Assembly (NCBI GenBank): GCA_043803405.1
Contig: JAZDKB010000015.1
Location: 160,001 to 224,000, forward strand
Length of the DNA: 64,000 bases
DNA from: Spirochaetota bacterium
GTDB lineage: Bacteria > Spirochaetota > UBA4802 > JAFGDQ01
Reading direction: 5' to 3'
Below the pieces are notes generated by a model. That model was not told the origin of the DNA and ran no database searches. It saw only the letters and a list, made by a program, of their open reading frames with translations. Both the position numbers and the translations under genes were made by a program. Shown one piece after another: positions 1 through 9,034 of this stretch; the first letter of the stretch is position 1, and each line of letters begins with the position of its first letter.

Positions 1-100
1 CCCGAAACCGACGGGGGTTTGAAATACGCTGCATGAAAAATAAAAGCTTTATTTTGATAAATGCCGCTAAGCCCGGCGGTCTTTAAAGATAAATAAAATT

Positions 101-979
101 ATGATATTATCCAGAATACTGCCTTTTACAGCAAAAAAGAAGCTAACATTTCAAAACGCGTCCGATACAAATAACAATCCTGGAAAATTAAACACCGATA
201 AGTTCAAGATAAGCAATAAAACTCATTCTATTGGGCAGGATATCCTGTATTTTACAAAAATAGATTCAACAAATACAAAGGCAAAGGAACTTGCGGATAA
301 AGGGGCAAAAGAAGGCACGATCGTAATAGCGGAAGAACAGACAAAAGGCAGAGGTAGGCTCAACCGCCACTGGATTTCGGCGCCGTACAAGAATATACTT
401 ATGTCACTGGTTTTCAGGCCAGCTCTGCCCCCATCCAGGATTTATTTGCTGACAATGTCTGCCTCTATCGCGATTGTTAAAGCAATTAAAAAAACCACCG
501 GACTAAGAACGCAAATAAAATGGCCGAACGATATTTATTATAAGAACAAAAAACTTGCAGGAATATTAACTGAACTGCATATCGACAAGAATAATATTAA
601 ATACGCTGTAATGGGGATAGGACTGAACGTAAACTTTGACCCTGCCCTATTCCCTGAGATTATTGATATTGCTACAAGCCTTTATAAAGAATGCGGGAGA
701 ATAATCTCCAGAGAAAAATTACTGAAAAAAATTCTGCTGGAAATGGCTAGGGAGTATTATTTGCTATTGAAGGGAGATGTAAATAAAATTCGCAAAAACT
801 GGAATAAACATTCATTAGTTACAGGCAAAGCAGTGATAATATCATCCGGCAAATACTCTGAAGAAGGCATTGCGGGAGCTGTTGCGGAAGACGGGTCCCT
901 CACCCTGATTAAAAGCAACGGCGAGATAAAAAACATATTCTGCGGTGATGTTTCGCTCAGAGTTAAACATCCGTTATAA
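101..979 (+). CDS. birA: Biotin--[acetyl-CoA-carboxylase] ligase, apparently without the N-terminal wHTH (monofunctional type)
   Basis: DSTN, QTKGRGRLNRHW, KWPNDI, KKLAGIL and GIGLNVN motifs; C-terminal GDVSLR. Confidence 0.95.
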   Translation: MILSRILPFTAKKKLTFQNASDTNNNPGKLNTDKFKISNKTHSIGQDILYFTKIDSTNTKAKELADKGAKEGTIVIAEEQTKGRGRLNRHWISAPYKNILMSLVFRPALPPSRIYLLTMSASIAIVKAIKKTTGLRTQIKWPNDIYYKNKKLAGILTELHIDKNNIKYAVMGIGLNVNFDPALFPEIIDIATSLYKECGRIISREKLLKKILLEMAREYYLLLKGDVNKIRKNWNKHSLVTGKAVIISSGKYSEEGIAGAVAEDGSLTLIKSNGEIKNIFCGDVSLRVKHPL

Positions 980-1137
980 AACAAATATCCTTGACTTTTT
1001 CCGATTATTTTCCTTTCTTGTAATTCTTGCTATAGAGATTGCGCCGAAAGAATGCCGCAAGTACAATGAGGCAAATCTTTTTTTACCGGGCAGCCCCTAA
1101 GATAATTCAAAAATACGGAACACTATAATATAAAGCT

Positions 1138-2163
1138 ATGAAAGAAAAACTAGAAGATATTTTAAAAACCGCGCTTACCGGAATAGAGAGTGCAAAGACC
1201 GCAGAGGATATCGAGAACCTGCGCATTAACGTGCTCGGCAGAAAAGGCGAGCTCACAGGTATATTAAGGTCGCTCGGCAGCCTCCCGCCTGCGGAAAAAG
1301 GCATAGTCGGCAAGCGCTCGAACGAGATAAAGAAGATAATCGAGAGCGCGCTTGACGAAAAGAAAGCGGCTCTCTCGGAAGTCTCTGCCGACCAGCTTGC
1401 CAAAGGTGAGTGGCTGGATGTCACACTTAATACGCCTAAACTCTTTGCCGGGCAGGGCCGTATGCACATTCTTTCTCAGGTTCAGTACGAGATCGAAGAT
1501 ATCTTTAGCTCAATGGGCTTCATGATTATAGACGGCCCCGAAGCCGAGATTGAGTATTACAATTTCGAAGCGCTTAACATACCCAAGCATCATCCCGCGC
1601 GCGACATGCAGGATACGTTCTGGACAGAGGACGGCAACCTGCTGCGGACGCAGACTTCCGCCATCCAGATACGCGCTATGGAAAAGCACACGCCTCCGTT
1701 CAAGATGGTAGGCCCCGGCCGCGTGTTCCGCTACGAAGCTGTAGACGCTTCCCACGAGCACACATTCCACCAGATTGAAGGCATGATGGTCGACAAAGAG
1801 ATATCTGTTTCAAATCTCATTTACATAATGAAGGAGTTCCTCTCCGCCATATTTAAAAAGCAAGCTGTTGTGAGGCTGAGGCCTTCGTACTATCCGTTCG
1901 TTGAGCCGGGATTTGATCTGGATTTTCAGTGCATGATCTGCGGTGGCAAAGGCTGCAAAGTGTGCAAGAACAACGGCTGGATAGAGTTCCTGGGCTGCGG
2001 GCTTGTGCACCCGAACGTGCTCCGCGCAGGCAAGATAGACCCGGACAAATGGTCGGGCTTTGCTTTCGGCATGGGACTTGAGCGCCTTGTAATGATGCGC
2101 TACGGCATAAACGACATACGTCATTTTCAGAGCGGCGACCTGCGCTTCCTGAGTCAATTTTAA
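1138..2163 (+). CDS. pheS: Phenylalanine--tRNA ligase alpha subunit
   Basis: HHPARDMQDTF, LLRTQTS, FHQIEG, YPFVEP and GFAFGMGLERL motifs; CxxC-x3-CxxC insert. Confidence 0.98.
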   Translation: MKEKLEDILKTALTGIESAKTAEDIENLRINVLGRKGELTGILRSLGSLPPAEKGIVGKRSNEIKKIIESALDEKKAALSEVSADQLAKGEWLDVTLNTPKLFAGQGRMHILSQVQYEIEDIFSSMGFMIIDGPEAEIEYYNFEALNIPKHHPARDMQDTFWTEDGNLLRTQTSAIQIRAMEKHTPPFKMVGPGRVFRYEAVDASHEHTFHQIEGMMVDKEISVSNLIYIMKEFLSAIFKKQAVVRLRPSYYPFVEPGFDLDFQCMICGGKGCKVCKNNGWIEFLGCGLVHPNVLRAGKIDPDKWSGFAFGMGLERLVMMRYGINDIRHFQSGDLRFLSQF

Positions 2164-2174
2164 AAGAATGTTAA

Positions 2175-2363
2175 CCACAGAGTCACTGAGACACAGAGGA
2201 GACGAATCACTATAAATACGGTACTTGATTATTAAAATAGAAAGAAATGGAATTACGTAACGACATTCTTAAGCAGAAGCATTGTAAATATCAAGATACA
2301 GGAATAAGGAACTAGTGTTTGGATATCCGGTCATTATAATTACAAATCTCTGTGCCTCTGTGG
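2175..2363. repeat. Inverted-repeat-bounded intergenic element between pheS and pheT
   Basis: ccacagagtcactgag (2175-2190) matches the reverse complement of ctctgtgcctctgtgg (2348-2363) at 14/16; AT-rich interior. Confidence 0.7.
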
Positions 2364-2416
2364 CAAAATAAATCATTAGATCAGTAAAATTTATATTTAT
2401 CTGGAGCACAACTTAC

Positions 2417-4813
2417 ATGTGGATTTCATTGAACTTAATCTCAACTATAACTGACATAAGCGGCATTTCGCCCGAGGACCTTGCGCACAGGCTTACCATG
2501 GCAACTGCCGAGATCGAAAGCATTAAATACATGAACGCGCATTTTGCTAATATAGTCACTGCAAAGATACTGAACGTCAAAAAGCACCCGTCCGCGGACA
2601 AGCTTACGCTCGTTGATCTTGATGCAGGAAGCGAGAACCTGCGCGTTGTGTGCGGCGCCCCGAATCACAAGATAGGCGACATTGTGCCTCTTGCCAGGAT
2701 AGGCGCAAAGTTCAGCGAGGAATTCGTCATAAAGAAGAGCAAGATACGCGGCGAGGAATCGAACGGCATGCTGTGCTCGGCAAAAGAGCTCGGTCTGTCC
2801 GATGATCATTCGGGCATCATGATTTTTCCTGCAGGCACACCGATAGGCAAAACGCTCGCGGAAATGTACCCGGACTGGGTGGACACCCTTCTAGAGCTGG
2901 ACAATAAATCGGTTACCCACAGGCCGGATCTGTGGAGCCATGTGGGCATTGCGCGCGAGATTGGCGCCCTGTTCAACAGACCTGTTAAAAGCATAATTAA
3001 CGAAAAGCTTGAGGCTACATTTAAAAATGCTGACAGCCTTAAGGTGACCATAAACTGCCCGAACGAATGCCCGAGATACTCCGGGCTGGTAGTAAAGAAC
3101 ATAAAGATAGCTGAATCGCCTGACTGGTTAAAGGCAAAGGTAACTGCCATAGGCATGAGGCCTATAAGCAATATAGTTGACCTCACTAACTATGTTATGT
3201 GCGAGGTCGGTGAACCTATGCACGCGTTCGACAGGAAGAAACTCGCAGGCGATGAGATAATAGTGCGCATGGCTACTGACGGAGAAAAGCTTAAGACTCT
3301 TGACCAGCGCGATCATGTGCTGTGCTCGGAGGACATTGTAATAGCAGACAAAAGCGGCCCTATCGCACTTGCAGGAGTAATGGGCGGCGGCAACAGCGAG
3401 ATAGAAGACAGCACAACAGAGATAGTGCTTGAAGCCGCGAACTTCAATGCAGTGAACATACGCAAAACAGCGCACAGGTACAATCTTCCGAGCGATGCTT
3501 CCATGAGATTTGAAAAGTCCCAGTCGCCTGAGCTTACGCGGCCAGCACTGCTCCGGATATATGAGCTGATCAAGCAGATTATACCGGAAGCCGAAGCAAC
3601 AACACCCATCGTAGACACTTATCCTGCAAAATTAAAGGAGATATCGCTCACCACTACCACATCCTATTTGAGGCATAAGCTGGGTGAACAGGTCCCTGAT
3701 GAAAGGATAATCGCGATACTGAGATCGCTTGACTTCGGTGTGGATGTATCCGGCGAAACGCTCAGCATAAAGGTTCCGCATTACAGGGCGACAAAGGACA
3801 TTTCAATAGAAGCCGACATTGTTGAAGAAGTAGGAAGGATTTACGGATACGACAACATTAAGCAGATGTCCCCGCTTGTGCCGTGCGAGGTACCCGAGGA
3901 AAACAGAACCAGGAAATTCGAAAGGCAGGTAAAGAGCATATTGACCGCGAATTATAATATGACAGAGGTAACAGGATACTCGTTCACAGGCGAGGAGCAG
4001 CTGAAGAAAACCGGCATTACAGGCGACAGGGAGCTTAGGCTCCGCCACCCGCTTTCGCAGGATCAGGACAGGCTGAGACGCAGTCTTGTGCCGGCAATGC
4101 TTAAGAACATAAAGTACAACTGCAGATTCATTGACAGCTTTGCCATGTTCGAGCTCGGCCGCGTTTACAAAAAGGAAGACAGGACATCGAAGGACCTTAT
4201 AGTAGAGGAGCGAAGGGTGTGCGGCACGTTCTATATGAAAGACACAAACGAAGAAATATTTTACTATGCTAAAAACGCGATTACTGGGCTTTTGAACGCT
4301 CTTAAAGTAAAAGGCCTTCGCACAAAGCCTGCTACGGATAATATTGAGCTGTACATGCATCCTGGCAGAACGCTCGCGATCGAGATCGGCCCCGGTGTTG
4401 CCGGCCACGTGTTTGAGCTGCACCCGAAGATGTACAAGAACTTCGACTTTGCTGGCAAGGCCGCCATGTTCGACATAAACCTTGAAACTGTGATGAGCAT
4501 CGGGAAAACCGAGATACGCTTTGCAGAGCTTCCGAAGTTCCCGGACGTTCCTTTCGAGATATCGGTCATTGCTGACAAGTACGCGTATGTCGCGGATATC
4601 CATTCGATCATCCAGAAAAGCGCAAAGGACTTTATAAAAAGCATTGACGTATTCTCTGTTTACGAAGGCGCGCCAATACCGCAGGATATGAAATCCGTAT
4701 CTTACAGGATAATATTCAATGCAAAGGACGCCACGCTCACGCCGCAGCAGATAGACGGCCTGCAGAAGAAGGTCATCGATGCACTGAACAAAGGCGGGTT
4801 TAAGCTGAGATAA
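2417..4813 (+). CDS. pheT: Phenylalanine--tRNA ligase beta subunit
   Basis: tRNA-binding OB domain (VVCGAPN, RGEESNGMLCS), HRPDLWS, B3/4, DIVEEVGRIYGY and a C-terminal FDX-ACB domain. Confidence 0.98.
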   Translation: MWISLNLISTITDISGISPEDLAHRLTMATAEIESIKYMNAHFANIVTAKILNVKKHPSADKLTLVDLDAGSENLRVVCGAPNHKIGDIVPLARIGAKFSEEFVIKKSKIRGEESNGMLCSAKELGLSDDHSGIMIFPAGTPIGKTLAEMYPDWVDTLLELDNKSVTHRPDLWSHVGIAREIGALFNRPVKSIINEKLEATFKNADSLKVTINCPNECPRYSGLVVKNIKIAESPDWLKAKVTAIGMRPISNIVDLTNYVMCEVGEPMHAFDRKKLAGDEIIVRMATDGEKLKTLDQRDHVLCSEDIVIADKSGPIALAGVMGGGNSEIEDSTTEIVLEAANFNAVNIRKTAHRYNLPSDASMRFEKSQSPELTRPALLRIYELIKQIIPEAEATTPIVDTYPAKLKEISLTTTTSYLRHKLGEQVPDERIIAILRSLDFGVDVSGETLSIKVPHYRATKDISIEADIVEEVGRIYGYDNIKQMSPLVPCEVPEENRTRKFERQVKSILTANYNMTEVTGYSFTGEEQLKKTGITGDRELRLRHPLSQDQDRLRRSLVPAMLKNIKYNCRFIDSFAMFELGRVYKKEDRTSKDLIVEERRVCGTFYMKDTNEEIFYYAKNAITGLLNALKVKGLRTKPATDNIELYMHPGRTLAIEIGPGVAGHVFELHPKMYKNFDFAGKAAMFDINLETVMSIGKTEIRFAELPKFPDVPFEISVIADKYAYVADIHSIIQKSAKDFIKSIDVFSVYEGAPIPQDMKSVSYRIIFNAKDATLTPQQIDGLQKKVIDALNKGGFKLR

Positions 4814-4848
4814 AGATATTTAAGATATAAACTATATTACTCACTTAA

Positions 4849-4883
4849 CAAAGCCCACGGAATATTCCGGGGCTTTGCTGTTT
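4849..4883 (+). terminator. Probable intrinsic terminator after pheT
   Basis: caaagcccacgg-aatatt-ccggggctttg hairpin followed by ctgttt. Confidence 0.55.
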
Positions 4884-4970
4884 AATGCTATTTCATTTAA
4901 TCTCACGTCACCTTTACAGATTGAAATTTCTCAGCCAGCGATAAGTTACCCAGTGCTGGATATCGTGTAT

Positions 4971-5269
4971 TTTATGCCCTCACCCCTAACACCTGTGCAA
5001 AGCCTCCCTGAGGGACTCCCGGTACTTTATTCTACAAGTAAAGTAATCCAGCAGTCCAGGAGAGGGGAACCTGAACGAACTACTTAAACAGGTCATATAG
5101 AAGAATATTCGCAATGAGTTTGAGTAACTACGCGATGTCTGAAGGACATTATATCTTGATTAAAACAAATAAGATTAAAGGATATAAAAGGTTCCCCTCT
5201 CCCAGAGCAAAAGAATCCTTTATGCAATATATTAAATTCTGGGAGAGGGGTTAGGGGTGAGGGCATAAA
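4971..5269. repeat. REP/BIME-like nested palindromic element (ccctcacccctaac...ggagagggg family)
   Basis: tttatgccctcacccctaac (4971-4990) pairs with gttaggggtgagggcataaa (5250-5269); inner ggagaggggaacct pairs with aggttcccctctcc; cccctctcccaga pairs with tctgggagagggg. Confidence 0.8.
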
Positions 5270-5317
5270 TAAATCCTTCTTTAACATCAATGCTAATTTA
5301 GCACAAAAGCTCACTGT

Positions 5318-5516
5318 GGCAGCAACCGAGTCAGCCTGAGACTCTGATATACTTAGCCTGAAATTCTTACAGACTTAGCCTGAGGCAGCATCCGAGTGAT
5401 CATGATCCCAGCACCCGAGTGATCACGGAGGTAGCATCTCTACCTCACGGTCATCGTATCTCTATGACCGTGAGACAGCGACCGGATGACCGTGTATAAG
5501 CATCAGAACCAGCCTG
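5318..5516. repeat. Degenerate ~22-bp tandem repeat, about 9 units
   Basis: agcctga ends recur at 5339/5361/5383; ccgagtgatca occurs twice; atgaccgtg ends at 5472/5494. Confidence 0.75.
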
Positions 5517-5585
5517 AAACTGTATAAAATTTAGATTTTGAATAGAAAAGTATAATAATGAGGTAAATTAAATAAATGCAGTACC

Positions 5586-6107
5586 TTATTTCCCTGCCTT
5601 CTCCAGTTTAAGCTCTAAATACGACTTTGTCTCAAACCTGGAAAGCCCCAGTTTTGCAGCCAGATCAAAAAGCTCCTTCTCCACTTCCATGTCAGTGCCC
5701 AGTTTCTCAAGCTCAACGAAAGCCCCAAGTCCGTCTATGCTGTCAAGACAGACTTCGGTATCGCCTATCCTGTAAATCGTCCTTGTCTTGGCGACTTCGT
5801 CCACAACAGCAAAGCCCAGGCTGCCAAGGATTTCCTTCATAGCAGCCAGATCATCGAACCCGGCTTCCTTTTCAACCCTTGTCTTCGTCTTTGTGCCGAG
5901 CTTCGGGCCCTTGTATGTAAGGATATTTTTCCCGTCCTCGGTTCTTATTCTGAACGCCTCGTCTGTCTCGGCAAAGTTCCTTGCAGGATGTTTATAGTAA
6001 GTGTCTCTTTCTTTAACTGTCTTTACAAGAGTCCCGCCCAGCGACTTTATCTTTGCGATAACCGCGTTATGACTGTCGCAGTATGCCTTTATTTCGATCT
6101 CCAGCAT
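5586..6107 (-). CDS. cyaB: Class IV adenylate cyclase / CYTH domain protein
   Basis: N-terminal EIEIKA (ExExK), DTYY, DEAFRIR, LTYKGPK, GLGAFVELE and C-terminal SYLEL. Confidence 0.9.
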   Translation of the reverse strand: MLEIEIKAYCDSHNAVIAKIKSLGGTLVKTVKERDTYYKHPARNFAETDEAFRIRTEDGKNILTYKGPKLGTKTKTRVEKEAGFDDLAAMKEILGSLGFAVVDEVAKTRTIYRIGDTEVCLDSIDGLGAFVELEKLGTDMEVEKELFDLAAKLGLSRFETKSYLELKLEKAGK

Positions 6108-6113
6108 ATATTC

Positions 6114-6986
6114 TCACTTCCCTCTTCTGCCTACAGGCCCGCTAACGGACAGGCCGTCCCCGCCAAGGAACTTCTTCTGCTTCCCGTTAACCTTGAATAT
6201 AACGCTTTCTATGCCTTCGAACTGCGTTGCAGTGTAAACAAGCTGGTCAATCCTTGTGAGCAATATCTCGCCGTTGGCGTTAGATTCAATTGCATCGTTA
6301 AAATCGAGCACCGCGTTTTTACCAACTACATGCACATTGCGTATCCTCAGGTCATCCGGTATTGCAGTCAGGAGCCCCTTCTTTTTCTCCAGCCTGCTTG
6401 GTCCCTTAATGAGCTCGTTTAAAGTATCCTTAAGGGGCGATGCGGAGTTAATGTTTCTTTTAACAGGCTGAAGCGACATCCGTTCGCTGTTTTCACTGTA
6501 TTTAACAAGATATATATAAAACAGGCTTTGCGCCGCATCCTTACTATCCTTAACTTTATTGTCTTTATTATCCTGCCCGGCTTTCTCTTCTTTATTATTC
6601 CTGGCAATCTTATCTTCTCCGGCGTTCTTTACAGCCTTCTCTTCTTTCTGTTCTTTGCCGGCTTTTTCGTTTGCCTTATCTTTCTTCTGCTTCTGTGCAT
6701 CAGCGTCGTTCTTTACTGTTAAATCTTTCGTGCCTGTATCCGAAGCCTTAACCTTTGAGGCAACATCACCCTTCCCTGCCCTGTAATTACTGATGAGCAT
6801 AATAGCAATAACAGTTAAAAGTGCCATTATAGTAAGTACAAACAGCGGGGTCTTGTCCGGTTTGCCTTTAACGGATTTTTTTCTTACCGCACCGGCAGAA
6901 GTCTTTGAGGTTCTCGGTTTTGTTCTGGCTGAACCCGCTTTTTTAGCAGCAGGCTTTTTCTTACCGCCTGTAGTTTTTCCTGCCAT
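6114..6986 (-). CDS. Membrane-anchored GerMN domain protein
   Basis: Lys-rich N-terminus, one TM helix, charged linker, C-terminal LNELIKGPS...LTAIP...QLVYTATQFEGIESV. Confidence 0.85.
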   Translation of the reverse strand: MAGKTTGGKKKPAAKKAGSARTKPRTSKTSAGAVRKKSVKGKPDKTPLFVLTIMALLTVIAIMLISNYRAGKGDVASKVKASDTGTKDLTVKNDADAQKQKKDKANEKAGKEQKEEKAVKNAGEDKIARNNKEEKAGQDNKDNKVKDSKDAAQSLFYIYLVKYSENSERMSLQPVKRNINSASPLKDTLNELIKGPSRLEKKKGLLTAIPDDLRIRNVHVVGKNAVLDFNDAIESNANGEILLTRIDQLVYTATQFEGIESVIFKVNGKQKKFLGGDGLSVSGPVGRRGK

Positions 6987-7090
6987 TGCTTATCTCCTTA
7001 AAAAATAGTACTCCTGTTATAATAATTCGGCTAATTTACCCTGTTTTATGATTGATTATTTGGCAGGAAGGATGATTTAATTATTCTAAA

Positions 7091-7371
7091 ACCTCATCCC
7101 CCTAACCCCTAGGTGAAGTCTCCCTATGGGACGGCTAACTTCTACCCACATTTTTAGGAATAGGGGAAAAAAACGGTGAGGAAAGTTCGCGGAATGCTGT
7201 ACTCGCCCCCTAAATCCCCCTAGAGGGGGACTTAAAAACGGAAAAAGTATAAGCGTTTCTCTTTAAAAAAAGCTAAAAGTCCCCCTCTAGGGGGATTTAG
7301 GGGGCCGAAGAAGCAATAATTATCTTTAATAAAATAACATGAAACAACTCCCGGGGATCAAAGGGTGAGGT
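7091..7371. repeat. REP/BIME-like nested palindromic element with a perfect 29-bp inner inverted repeat
   Basis: gccccctaaatccccctagagggggactt (7205-7233) is the exact reverse complement of 7277-7305; outer arms acctcatcccc.../...ggggatcaaagggtgaggt. Confidence 0.85.
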
Positions 7372-7393
7372 AAAAACTAATCATAGGTTCAAC

Positions 7394-9034
7394 ATGTCAT
7401 CATCATCAAAACGCATTATTATACCTGCAATCGCTTTTTTATTTATACTGGCATCCGGCTCTTTCGGAGCAGACAATTCACCGGACCAGAGTATCAATGA
7501 AAGCAGGCCTAGTGAAACATCCGGCATTTCGTTCTTTCCCCAGGTAGGGCTGCAGCTTGACTGCCGGGCATTTAAAGACAACAAGGCCGATTATACAGCG
7601 CAATCAAGCAGGATCATTGATCTCGATATATTCAGGAAGGGCAATATTCTATTCTCAATGTTTGTTAACGAATATATATGTTACGACGATAATTCGCGTT
7701 ATATCAATCCGAAAACAATCAATTATGAGATGGATTACGGGAAGCTGAGCCGCGAGTTCAGGTACGGCATTCTGAGCATTTTCATGGATCACATCTGCAC
7801 AAACATATACAATGAGAATCATACCGAGGACAGGCAGATGCGCTGGTATGGCTTCGGAATCAGATGGGAATCGTACGGGCTAAGGCCTGGGCAGAAAGAA
7901 TTAAAGAACAATTCCGATAACGCAAATGACATAAATATATTCAATAACCTGAAGTACAAAATATCAATCGACAGACGAATCCGCACAAAAGTAATGAACT
8001 ACGATTACCTGATCACAGGAAGCATAAGGTATGATATATTACACTATTATTTTCTGATCCCCTATATCGAAGGCGAATTCAGATCCCTTATAGATGAGCG
8101 CGCCAGGTATAACCGCTATTTTGAAACAGGAATACGTATGCACTTCGACAGGGGCGACCTGACGCCTTTTATCGGCATAAACCGTAAATACGATATTGAG
8201 TACTACAACAGGCATGCTGTGGACATGTATTATATAGGTCTCCGCGCAGAGACGCTCTTGGCAACCGGCAGCGATAGAACCGGAAGGGAATCCGGAAGCA
8301 GAACAGGAAAGCCGTTTATCTTCCCTGACTTCCGTTTCAGCGGAAGCTACGGGAAATACCTGGCAGACAACAATTTGAATTTCAACACGGATATCCTTAT
8401 AGGGCTGGACTGGTCCCGCGCGTATAAGACATCACCGTTTATAAGCAACACGCTGGTGCATAATTCACAGAAAGCAAGCGCAGGCATGTTCCCGAGATAT
8501 ATTGAAAACACTACCGAAGCAGGCATAGCGCACAGGCTGGATCTTCTCAATGCGTTCATAGAACCTTACTATACTTATGCCCGCTACGACAAGGGCAACT
8601 ACGATTACGGGCATAAGATGAATTATTCAGCCGCAGGCCTGCGTATAATCAGCAGCGAAATGAAAACAGGATACGCGGGTAACAGTGTTGACTTTGACTC
8701 TCCCGCTGTGTATAATTTTATGAACAGAATCGACTGGCTTATCTCTGCTTCAGGAATAATTAACAACAGTTATTATAAATACGACTGGGAGTATAACGTG
8801 AAACTCAGATGGAATCTTTGCCGTTATTACAGATCGGTTCCTTATATTACCGCAGGCATACGTTTATTACATAATAATAATTTCGATGCCGTATACAGCG
8901 CCGAACCCGGAATAAGGATCCAGAACGGGCTGTACTGGATGCTGTTTTACAGATTCGAATACCGCACGGATACAGATCCTGATAACGGCTATTTCAGGAA
9001 TTATCATCTTACAGGGATACGGCTTGAGATATGA
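7394..9034 (+). CDS. Exported hypothetical protein, probable outer-membrane beta-barrel with an internal duplication
   Basis: Signal peptide; Tyr/Arg-rich alternating strands; the two halves align; ends TGIRLEI. Confidence 0.6.
   Translation: MSSSSKRIIIPAIAFLFILASGSFGADNSPDQSINESRPSETSGISFFPQVGLQLDCRAFKDNKADYTAQSSRIIDLDIFRKGNILFSMFVNEYICYDDNSRYINPKTINYEMDYGKLSREFRYGILSIFMDHICTNIYNENHTEDRQMRWYGFGIRWESYGLRPGQKELKNNSDNANDINIFNNLKYKISIDRRIRTKVMNYDYLITGSIRYDILHYYFLIPYIEGEFRSLIDERARYNRYFETGIRMHFDRGDLTPFIGINRKYDIEYYNRHAVDMYYIGLRAETLLATGSDRTGRESGSRTGKPFIFPDFRFSGSYGKYLADNNLNFNTDILIGLDWSRAYKTSPFISNTLVHNSQKASAGMFPRYIENTTEAGIAHRLDLLNAFIEPYYTYARYDKGNYDYGHKMNYSAAGLRIISSEMKTGYAGNSVDFDSPAVYNFMNRIDWLISASGIINNSYYKYDWEYNVKLRWNLCRYYRSVPYITAGIRLLHNNNFDAVYSAEPGIRIQNGLYWMLFYRFEYRTDTDPDNGYFRNYHLTGIRLEI

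Noticed and set aside
980..1137. T-box riboswitch or PheM-type attenuator upstream of pheS
   Set aside because: The region is short, with no T-box (TGGNACC) motif, no terminator and no Phe-rich leader ORF recognised.
4875..5314. ORFs 4875-5087 (+) and 5093-5314 (-), both containing FMPSPLTP
   Set aside because: The shared peptide is a by-product of the inverted repeat; starts are non-ATG with no coding signal.
5318..5516. Possible CRISPR array
   Set aside because: The period is only 22 bp, there is no constant repeat with unique spacers, and there are no cas genes.
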